Assembly (NCBI GenBank): GCA_018238545.1
Contig: JABCTC010000033.1
Span: 1-40,178 of the forward strand
Length of the DNA stretch: 40,178 bases
Direction: 5' to 3'
Origin: Candidatus Heimdallarchaeota archaeon
GTDB taxonomy: Archaea; Asgardarchaeota; Heimdallarchaeia; Heimdallarchaeales; Heimdallarchaeaceae
Notes under the pieces: generated by a model
The model's input: only the letters and a program-made list of their open reading frames with translations
Told to the model about the DNA's origin: nothing
Database searches by the model: none
Shown: piece by piece, positions 10,318-17,813 of the stretch
Numbering within the stretch: the stretch's first letter is position 1
Layout: the number at the start of each line of letters is the position of its first letter
Position numbers and translations under genes: made by a program

Positions 10318-10872
10318 GTGGTACGAATCGGAAAACGTCCAGCCCGTTGCTATAGACATGTTAGAGGCCCTGCAAATACAAGAGTTGGTAAATTCGTTAG
10401 AGGTGCTCCCGATGCTAGAATTAGAGCATATGATTCTGGAAACCGAAAAGGCGATTTTCCTGTTCATATTCATTTAGTTTCTAAAGAAAAATGTCAAATC
10501 AGACACACTGCTTTAGAGGCTGCAAGAATTGCAGTAAACAGAATACTTCAGAGACATTTAGGTGTTGAAAATTATCATATGACCATAAGAATTCATCCAC
10601 ATCACATCTTACGAGAAAATAAGATGATGGCTGTTGCTGGTGCAGATAGAATTCAAGATGGTATGCGAAGATCCTTCGGAAAACCAACAGATAGAGCTGC
10701 ACGTGTCAAAGAAAGTCAAGAGCTTGTAACTGTTAGAGCATATGCAAAAGATTATTTTATAATCTTAGATGCCTTGAAAAGAGCTGCCGATCGTTTTCCA
10801 ACTGTATGTAAATACAAAATTGGAAAAGGTCAAGAGCTAGTTGAAGAATTCCTGAAAGAAAGACAAAAATAA
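10318..10872 (+). CDS. rpl10e: Ribosomal protein L10e/uL16 (true start possibly ATC at 10327)
   Basis: GKRPARCYR, ALEAARI, HPHHILRENKMM..AGADRIQDGMRRSFGKP, ALKRAA..FP are L10e signatures. Confidence 0.97.
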   Translation: MVRIGKRPARCYRHVRGPANTRVGKFVRGAPDARIRAYDSGNRKGDFPVHIHLVSKEKCQIRHTALEAARIAVNRILQRHLGVENYHMTIRIHPHHILRENKMMAVAGADRIQDGMRRSFGKPTDRAARVKESQELVTVRAYAKDYFIILDALKRAADRFPTVCKYKIGKGQELVEEFLKERQK

Positions 10873-10873
10873 T

Positions 10874-10900
10874 TTTCCTTTCTTTTCCTATTTTTCTTAT
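10874..10900 (+). terminator. Pyrimidine/oligo-T tract after rpl10e (archaeal-type terminator)
   Basis: ttttcctttcttttcctatttttctt immediately after the stop codon. Confidence 0.5.
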
Positions 10901-10950
10901 TATATTTACAAAATCAATAATGTTTTTAGTTCTATCTTCTATGATAGTTT

Positions 10951-12039
10951 ATGGTTTCAGAGTTTATCCCAGGATTGAAATTATCTGAAATGTTCTTTGA
11001 TGAAGTAGTAAAGAAAATTATTGAGAGTGAATTCCCCTATCTAAGATATACTGCCGCATTAATAGGTTCTGGGTCTGAGGTATTTGGTCTGGATGACATT
11101 GTTTCTTCTGATCACCACTGGGGGCTTCGATTATATCTGTTCATAGATTCAAAAAGTTATGATGCGCATTATGATTCATTAATTAAATTACTCAGAACAA
11201 AACTGCCTTACAAATTCAGAGGCCATTCTACTCACTGGAGTTTTCCTGATCCCGATGATTCAAGAAATCAATTCCCACAATTCATTAACGAAGGAGAAGT
11301 AAATCATCGGATAGAGATTTTTACTGTAAGTGAATTTTTTAAGAAACAACTTAATCTTGAAAATACAGACCTAACTGATATAGATTGGCTTCTATTACCT
11401 GAACAGAAGCTGTTAGAGCTCACCTCAGGAAAAATTTTCTATGATACTCTTGGAGAACTAATGAAAGTTCGAGACAAATTTACTTATCTTCCTGAGAATG
11501 TCTGGAAATACAAAATTCTATCCGAATGGGAACACATTACTCAGGAGATTGCTTTTGCAGGAAGAACAGGTGAAGTAGGTGATGAGCTTGGATCCAAAAT
11601 AGAATCTTCCCGCCTTATTAGATATATTATGAGACTTGCCTTTTTGTTGAATAGAAAATATGTGCCATATGAAAAATGGTTTGGGACAGTTTTTAGCAAG
11701 TTGAAGATTGCAGAAAAACTAGAACCTCTGCTCCTAGCTATTTTTACTGAGGAAGACTGGAAACAAAGAGATACGCTGTTATGTGAAGCTTACATACTTC
11801 TAGTAAAAGAGCAAAATAAATTAGAAATAACGCTAAAGATAATAGTTGAACCCTTGCCTTTCTTCAACAGAAATATGACAATAATAGACATTCAAAAGAT
11901 AATCGATGAACTAAAAAAAGCAATTAAACCACCTTTAGATAGTATTCCTCCCATTGGTTCAGTGGATCAACTGTTGGAAATCGGTGGTGGTTTAAGCGCA
12001 AAGTTTGCAGAGAAAGCAAGAATTTTCTATGAAAAATGA
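10951..12039 (+). CDS. DUF4037-domain, nucleotidyltransferase-fold protein
   Basis: GLKLSEMFF...AALIGSGSEVFGLDD..S.DHHWG.R; WL.LPEQKLLE.TSG.IFYD; PYEKWFG match the family pattern as I recall it. Confidence 0.8.
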   Translation: MVSEFIPGLKLSEMFFDEVVKKIIESEFPYLRYTAALIGSGSEVFGLDDIVSSDHHWGLRLYLFIDSKSYDAHYDSLIKLLRTKLPYKFRGHSTHWSFPDPDDSRNQFPQFINEGEVNHRIEIFTVSEFFKKQLNLENTDLTDIDWLLLPEQKLLELTSGKIFYDTLGELMKVRDKFTYLPENVWKYKILSEWEHITQEIAFAGRTGEVGDELGSKIESSRLIRYIMRLAFLLNRKYVPYEKWFGTVFSKLKIAEKLEPLLLAIFTEEDWKQRDTLLCEAYILLVKEQNKLEITLKIIVEPLPFFNRNMTIIDIQKIIDELKKAIKPPLDSIPPIGSVDQLLEIGGGLSAKFAEKARIFYEK

Positions 12040-12048
12040 AATCTAAAC

Positions 12049-12327
12049 CTAACTATTCTCTTCAACGCTTGCTTCCCAGCCTAAAACATCAACAAACTGC
12101 TCTTCAAGCGCTACAACATCTTTATTTGTTAATGGGTTCCATTCGTCAACTGCAAATTCAATAGCTTCTTCTTCGTTCCTAGCAGTTACTCGATAATGAT
12201 AATCCCTTCTCTCTGTTCTAGTTACGATCACTAAATAATCTTCAATTACATCTTCGTCCTCAAGTACTTCTTCTATGACAACGATTTTTCGCTTTGCTTT
12301 TTTCTTTTTCTTCTTTTTCTTAGGCAT
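12049..12327 (-). CDS. Small protein with poly-Lys N-terminus and an acidic DpnD/PcfM-like core
   Basis: MPKKKKKKKKAKRK followed by YLVIVTRTERRDYHYRVTARNEEEAIEFA, resembling the DpnD/PcfM 'V.A.SEEEA' pattern. Confidence 0.6.
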   Translation of the reverse strand: MPKKKKKKKKAKRKIVVIEEVLEDEDVIEDYLVIVTRTERRDYHYRVTARNEEEAIEFAVDEWNPLTNKDVVALEEQFVDVLGWEASVEENS

Positions 12328-12460
12328 AATATCTTGTCAAGCTATCTAGTATAAAATAATTATTCCAAAAACAGTGTTCGAAATAATATTATCGATACCT
12401 GCATAGATGCTATAGAACAAAAAAGATAAAAAGAATGGAATAAATTTTGGTCTAATAACT

Positions 12461-12585
12461 GGCTCGGTAGCTCAGTTGGCAGAGCGCAAGACTCATAATC
12501 TTGATAAAAAAAGGGTTAGAACTGCAACGTGAACCTCAGATGCGAAATCTTGAGGTCGGGGGATCGAGTCCCCCCCGAGCCACCA
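12461..12585 (+). tRNA. tRNA-CAT (probably elongator Met; Ile2 not excluded) with a 49-nt intron at 37/38 (12498-12546) and encoded CCA
   Basis: Acceptor GGCTCGG/CCGAGCC + A-CCA; D-arm GCTC/GAGC; anticodon stem CAAGA/TCTTG with CAT at 12494-12496; T-arm GGGGG-ATCGAGT-CCCCC; BHB-like junction. Confidence 0.93.
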
Positions 12586-12685
12586 TCTTCTTTTCAAATT
12601 TAATTCTATTTCCTTTAATTTTATATTAATCAGCTTAAAAAACGGAAATCAAGGGAAATCACTCCCTTTGCTTCTAAATTTAAAA

Positions 12686-13159
12686 TTAAAGTTTCTGCAA
12701 TTGATGATTGGTAATTATATCAGATTCATCCTCAATAGTTACTTTAACCATCCTATCTCCTTGACCAATTTGGTATACTACTTTCATACCATCTACAACC
12801 TTTCCAAAGATGGTGTGTTTTTTGTTGAGATGTCTACAATTGTCTGGATTGAGAACAATGAAGAATTGTGAACCATTTGTATTTGGTCCAGCGTTTGCCA
12901 TACTCAGATGCCCCAAATTATGTAGTTGAACAGGGTTATCCACTTCGTCTGCAATTTGATACCCTGGTCCTCCTCTTCCAGTACCTGTGGGATCTCCTCC
13001 TTGAACAACAAATTCGGGAATCACACGGTGAAAAATAACGCCGTCATAGTAGTTAGACTTCGCTAAGGATACAAAGTTCTTTACAGTATTAGGTGTATGT
13101 TCATCAAAGAACTCGATTGTTATTACACCTTTGTTGGTTTCCATAATTGCTTTAGTCAT
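12686..13159 (-). CDS. Cyclophilin-type peptidyl-prolyl cis-trans isomerase
   Basis: FHRVIPEFVVQGGDPTGTGRGGPGY; LSMANAGPNTNGSQFFI; HTIFGKV. Confidence 0.97.
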   Translation of the reverse strand: MTKAIMETNKGVITIEFFDEHTPNTVKNFVSLAKSNYYDGVIFHRVIPEFVVQGGDPTGTGRGGPGYQIADEVDNPVQLHNLGHLSMANAGPNTNGSQFFIVLNPDNCRHLNKKHTIFGKVVDGMKVVYQIGQGDRMVKVTIEDESDIITNHQLQKL

Positions 13160-13255
13160 TTAAATCGCCTAACTGTCAATGACTACTCCTTATTTTTATT
13201 TGTAGTGGTTAGGCAATAAATTCTTAATTAAAGTATTGCACTTGATATTGGTAGA

Positions 13256-13726
13256 TTGATTATATTGAGTGCTTTGGAAGAGATACCTAAACCTGAACCA
13301 AAACCTTTAGTGAAATTCTCTCCATGGATTTCTGCAATTATAATCTTAATTTATTCTGTTACAGTACAATTTCTACTTGTCTCAAGTATGGAAAGTGCGT
13401 TTGACGTAGTAGAAGATTTCTTTGAACGATGGTCGTCTAGTTGGATATTAATTGAAATCCCCATCCCTCTGATATTAGCTGTGATTTTTTATAACTACAG
13501 CCAACATAGTAAATCACAGAACATTAGTCTATTTCTCTTTAGTATAACCGCATTAGGAACAACTGTATTGGGTATTGTCATTTATCTTATTTTAGAACAA
13601 TTTCCCATTCATGGACAATATACCAATTTCATCTTTAGCCTAACAACGACAACTGTATCGCTCATATTTGCGGTTGCAGCTCTTGTAATAAGAAAATTAG
13701 TTCTTAAACGTAAAACCTTGCAGTAA
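13256..13726 (+). CDS. Hypothetical 4-TM membrane protein
   Basis: Four hydrophobic segments and a basic C-terminus; start codon uncertain. Confidence 0.7.
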   Translation: MIILSALEEIPKPEPKPLVKFSPWISAIIILIYSVTVQFLLVSSMESAFDVVEDFFERWSSSWILIEIPIPLILAVIFYNYSQHSKSQNISLFLFSITALGTTVLGIVIYLILEQFPIHGQYTNFIFSLTTTTVSLIFAVAALVIRKLVLKRKTLQ

Positions 13727-13832
13727 GGTCCCTTCACCAGAAAGTTGACCTAAACAACAAGGTTACATTTGGAAAAATTCACTCTTCTAATAAGGTCATC
13801 TATCCCTTTCTTTCCCCTCTAGATGTGTTCAT

Positions 13833-14597
13833 TTATGATTTTATTTTGCTGACTAGATTTGTAACAACCTTAGGTAGTTCATTCATATCTTTAATATAAT
13901 ACTGATAACTTGGTTCGAATTCACAAGTTAAACATGCTTGAACAACATTGGCACCACTATTCAAAGCACATTCAAGGAACTTTGGATTATCTTCGATGAT
14001 TATTGTTCTATCTGGTTCAAACCATATATCATCTAAAACTCGTTTAAAGAAATTATCATTTGTCTTGTGTGTATTAATAAGATCTGGACCATAAAAGTTC
14101 TCGAAAAGATCTTTTACCCTCATGCCCTGTAAATATCCCTTTAGCTCAAGAGAATCTTCCCCTGAAGCTGTATAAAGCTTAAAACCAAATCTCTTTAATT
14201 TTTTAATAGCATCTACAACACCCGGAAATGATGATCGAATATTTGGTGTGATGTATTCAATCGCTTCTCGATATATTTGTTTGTATTCTGATTTTGCAGG
14301 AAGTTTAACTCCAACATAGTTGAACATCTCTTCTATCCATCTTTTTACAAAATCAGCATGATATGTTTTGTAATCAATGTCTCTATTATCACAAATCGCT
14401 TCGTTATATTCTCTCATAATTTCTCCTACAAAATTTAAATTACCTTCAGCCCACAAATAGGGTTCTCCCCCAAATTTAGGCGTGAAATACTCCCCAACTA
14501 ACTTTTGATATTGTACCCCTCTAATACGATTATCATTCATTACTCCCCCATCATCAAAAAACACAGCAAATTCAGAGAATCTCGTCTGTGACATCAC
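13833..14597 (-). CDS. HAD-superfamily hydrolase
   Basis: Motif I FFDDGGV, motif II YTAS, motif III K (HKT), motif IV IIEDNP. Confidence 0.88.
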   Translation of the reverse strand: MMSQTRFSEFAVFFDDGGVMNDNRIRGVQYQKLVGEYFTPKFGGEPYLWAEGNLNFVGEIMREYNEAICDNRDIDYKTYHADFVKRWIEEMFNYVGVKLPAKSEYKQIYREAIEYITPNIRSSFPGVVDAIKKLKRFGFKLYTASGEDSLELKGYLQGMRVKDLFENFYGPDLINTHKTNDNFFKRVLDDIWFEPDRTIIIEDNPKFLECALNSGANVVQACLTCEFEPSYQYYIKDMNELPKVVTNLVSKIKS

Positions 14598-14833
14598 TAT
14601 TCGCTTGAGTTAATAGTAAATAAAGATATTCCAAGAAATATAATGCATCGCAAGACTAGTTAAGATTTGAATACTTTCGCTAACCTCTATATCTTTTAAA
14701 ACCCCCTCCTTTCGACTGGAAATTAGAAGATCAGCTTATTAGAAGATGGTACCATTATTAGTATATCACAAATCAACAAACTTCTTTCGAACTATGAAAA
14801 ATTTAATAATAGAGTGCTTCTGAAGAGGGATAG

Positions 14834-15730
14834 ATGGTAAAACAGATTTACGAAACTCTACACACTGAACAGTCTATGTTGGATATAACTCCAGAGTTAG
14901 AACAAAAAGTTCACAAAATGCTCTTAGCTACTGAAAGACAAGTTCCAAACTTCTGGGAGATTGATACAACTGACAGTTTCTATGCCCCTGTAGATGATGG
15001 TGAAATCAGAGTATACCATTTTAAGCCTAATAATCCAATTTCAAAACGTCCTCTAGTTTTTATTCCTGGATGGGGAGGAACTGAAATAGGATTTATGGAT
15101 TTTTACGAAGTCATCCATGATAAGGTCGAGTGTTATTATATCGAAACTCGTGAAAAGAGAAGTAGCAGATTGGATAGAAAAAGAGCCAAAATAGATATGA
15201 GTCAAAAAGCTAAAGATATTCAAGATGTGATTAACTACCTTGAATTTGGCAAGAAAGATTTTGTTCTCTATGGCACTTGCTGGGGCGGATCAATAATTTT
15301 ACAAGGTTTAATTGATGAAGTAATAGACGCTCCAACTATTATTACTAATGATCCTATGCATACTCTATGGTTTCCGAAATGGTTTCTTAGATTTGTTTCA
15401 CCCATATTACCTGTTTTTGTAGTTGAACTCATTAGGTCCATAGTTAAACGAATACAGTTGTGTGGTATGAAGGAAGAAGTTCAAAGAAAAAGAGCTGAAA
15501 TTTTTGCGGATAATGCTGAAATTTGGAAATGGAAAAGAGCAGCTGACTCAGTAAAGGATTTTGAGCTCTTTGGTAAAGTTTCTGATATAACAAAGGAAGT
15601 TTTTGTAACCAATGGTACTAAAGATAAGATCCATAATCAACTAGATTACCCAAAAATCGCTGCTGAACTTCCCAATGGAAGATTCATTTACATGAAGACA
15701 GATGAATCTAGAAGAGAACGCACGTTATGA
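14834..15730 (+). CDS. Alpha/beta-fold hydrolase, 3' end interrupted by the mobile element (last codons come from the element)
   Basis: LVFIPGWGG oxyanion strand, GTCWGG nucleophile elbow, GTKDKIH acid. The sequence from 15716 is shared with the repeat at 40079 and supplies the TGA. Confidence 0.82.
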   Translation: MVKQIYETLHTEQSMLDITPELEQKVHKMLLATERQVPNFWEIDTTDSFYAPVDDGEIRVYHFKPNNPISKRPLVFIPGWGGTEIGFMDFYEVIHDKVECYYIETREKRSSRLDRKRAKIDMSQKAKDIQDVINYLEFGKKDFVLYGTCWGGSIILQGLIDEVIDAPTIITNDPMHTLWFPKWFLRFVSPILPVFVVELIRSIVKRIQLCGMKEEVQRKRAEIFADNAEIWKWKRAADSVKDFELFGKVSDITKEVFVTNGTKDKIHNQLDYPKIAAELPNGRFIYMKTDESRRERTL

Positions 15731-15806
15731 AACTTGGTCAAACTTTCCAGAGGCGGTCTAACCGTCGTTTAAGTGGGTCCCCTCACGTGCGTTGAGGGGA
15801 AGAGGA
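15716..15806 (-). ncRNA. Putative omega/reRNA scaffold of the TnpB-like protein (guide would continue into the flanking DNA)
   Basis: Conserved non-coding 91 nt between the stop codon and the element end. Contains an 8-bp hairpin (15778-15800) whose 7-nt loop is complementary to 15718-15724 (pseudoknot), and a second hairpin at 15752-15766. Confidence 0.65.
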
Positions 15807-17714
15807 TCATAGAGGCGGAAGAGGTGTACCTGAGAGAGAAGCGATATTGTGCGCGGCATTAATATGAGTATTAACTTTCCGTCCGCATTTAGTGCAAGGG
15901 GCAAGATCATACTGACCTTGAAGACGAACTAACGTTCCTCCACAACCATAATGAACAGAACTAGTATGATAAGGACGAACAGACTCTAATTGCACTTGAT
16001 AACCTAAATCTTGAGAAGCTAACCAGACAGCTTTCTGGTAAATGAAGAGATTATCAGGCATGGTGTAAATAGCTTTAGCTAATGCACCCTTAGTACCTGA
16101 GGGGTCAACAGTTAACTGCTCAATTTTCAAGGTTTTACACTGTTTTTTCACCAAAACTGCTGCAAGAAGGTGGGGGAGAAGACGAGTAAGCTCGCGAATG
16201 ATTCGCATACGGCGAGTATAAACTCTATTAAGCTCTCCCTGCAACTTACAGAAACCAAGAGTGTCTCGAGCTTTGCGTTTGCGCATCAATCCCCGATGGA
16301 GTTCAGGGAGAACTTTAGCAGTAAGGTGGGTATAACGTTCAGCTAGAAGCAAGATGTCTGGAGGGAGAGAAACAGAGGTGTTGAATGCCAACATATGTAC
16401 TCCTAAGCGATTGATATCTAAACCCAGAATAGCTTTCTTCTGACTTGAGATAAGCGGGAGATAAGTGTGGAGAAGGGTAGAGGAGTGGAAACAATCCATT
16501 GCTCCCTCGAGAACTACATCCACTCGAGGTTTGTAACTAGGTGCTTGACCACTGCTAACTTGGAAAAGTTTGATCTCTGCACCATTATGAATATACTCTC
16601 GTATTTTGGAGGGAAAAAGTGTTTTTGCAACAAGCTTCTTCTTCCCTTTCTGGGAAAAACCTAGTTCAGTCCCTCCTTGCTTCTTAATTTGTGTTGTTAG
16701 TGTTTTCGCATTCCCTTGTCGGGTGATAACATAATCTTTTTTCATTAACAATTTTACTGGTAATCTTCCTTTCTTTTTTCTTTTAAATGGTAAAGGAACA
16801 ACTTTTGCCACTGGGAGACCTTTAAGTAACTGAGGGACACTCTGCATGAAATGGTCAAAGAGTGTGAAAACAGTGATCAGCCTGATAGCTGAAAAAAGTT
16901 TTCGGGAAGGCTTCCCAAGAGTTTTTGCTAGTTGTTCTGCTAGTATTTTGAGACTTTTCCAACGAGAAAGTTGGGGACTGTTAATCCACGAGGCGAGAAA
17001 AGGGATAACGACTGCTTGCTCTTTTTTTAGTAGTTGGAGTTTGGCTAAAAAGGCTTGTTGCCTCTTGGTTATTTGGGGAATAGTAGTGAATTCATTAGTG
17101 TAAAAGAACAGTGCATCATCTATCGCTTGTACTATTGCTTGTTGTGTTGTAGAGGTGAGGAAAGAATTATGGTTTAAGTTATTAAGATGATAAGTTGCTT
17201 TCTTTTTCTTTCTCCAATATCCATCTGCTTGTTGTCTGGTGCTGGTTAAGAGGTTGATAACGTACCTTCGTTTAAGTTTCCAATAGTTCCCTAAACTGCT
17301 TTCAGCATAAGGTGATCTACCAAAGATCATCCATTCTACAAGTTGTTGAGGGTTCTTGGCAAGGAAATTGAGCAACCCTTGCACTTTTTGTTCCTTATCT
17401 TTTTTCCCTTTGATTGCAATATGCAACCAATGGAAAGCACTTTCTGCTATGTTAGGACTCTTCCCCACTTCTTTGCATAGTTGGCGGGTGAAGAACCCTT
17501 CCTTAGGGTTGGATTTGTATAATGTTTCTGCTTTCTTTACTATTTTCGGAGAAAGGAGGAGCAGTTGCTGTTCTTCTAGCTTTCTTATCCTTCGGTTGAT
17601 CTCTTCTCGTTGTTGCTGGTCTACACATTTTAGCGCCACTTGGTAGCTTCGCATCACCGTCTTTGAGTGAGTGTTGACAGCTACTTGTGCTTTCTTTGTT
17701 GCTTGTGAGACCAT
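15807..17714 (-). CDS. tnpB: Large TnpB/Cas12-like RuvC + zinc-ribbon protein (~635 aa), RuvC-III Asp replaced by His
   Basis: RuvC-I ILGLDINRLG (D436), RuvC-II LKIEQL (E535), VRPYHTSS-HYGC...CTKCG zinc ribbon, NTHINAAHNIA (H620; ORF-track numbering). ATG 17714 is preceded by GGTGA-5nt, so the track's GTG 17723 is probably part of the RBS. Confidence 0.85.
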   Translation of the reverse strand: MVSQATKKAQVAVNTHSKTVMRSYQVALKCVDQQQREEINRRIRKLEEQQLLLLSPKIVKKAETLYKSNPKEGFFTRQLCKEVGKSPNIAESAFHWLHIAIKGKKDKEQKVQGLLNFLAKNPQQLVEWMIFGRSPYAESSLGNYWKLKRRYVINLLTSTRQQADGYWRKKKKATYHLNNLNHNSFLTSTTQQAIVQAIDDALFFYTNEFTTIPQITKRQQAFLAKLQLLKKEQAVVIPFLASWINSPQLSRWKSLKILAEQLAKTLGKPSRKLFSAIRLITVFTLFDHFMQSVPQLLKGLPVAKVVPLPFKRKKKGRLPVKLLMKKDYVITRQGNAKTLTTQIKKQGGTELGFSQKGKKKLVAKTLFPSKIREYIHNGAEIKLFQVSSGQAPSYKPRVDVVLEGAMDCFHSSTLLHTYLPLISSQKKAILGLDINRLGVHMLAFNTSVSLPPDILLLAERYTHLTAKVLPELHRGLMRKRKARDTLGFCKLQGELNRVYTRRMRIIRELTRLLPHLLAAVLVKKQCKTLKIEQLTVDPSGTKGALAKAIYTMPDNLFIYQKAVWLASQDLGYQVQLESVRPYHTSSVHYGCGGTLVRLQGQYDLAPCTKCGRKVNTHINAAHNIASLSGTPLPPL

Positions 17715-17742
17715 CGTCTTCACCTATTTATCCACAGAATGG

Positions 17743-17750
17743 TATATAAA
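17743..17750 (-). promoter_or_regulatory. TATA box (TTTATATA) of the tnpB-like gene
   Basis: Archaeal TATA consensus ~29 bp upstream of ATG 17714, with the RBS GGTGA at 17724-17720. Confidence 0.6.
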
Positions 17751-17813
17751 CGCGAAGAAAAGTCAGCTAGGAGGAGTTTTTCCTCATAACAAGATTGGGT
17801 AAGTTTCTGCTCA

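Noticed and set aside
12461-12585. tRNA as integration site (att) for an island
   Set aside because: No duplicated tRNA 3' fragment or integrase seen in the window.
14722-14747. ATTAGAAGAT repeated twice, 16 bp apart, in a divergent intergenic region
   Set aside because: Only two 10-bp copies in AT-rich DNA; compatible with chance and not an array.
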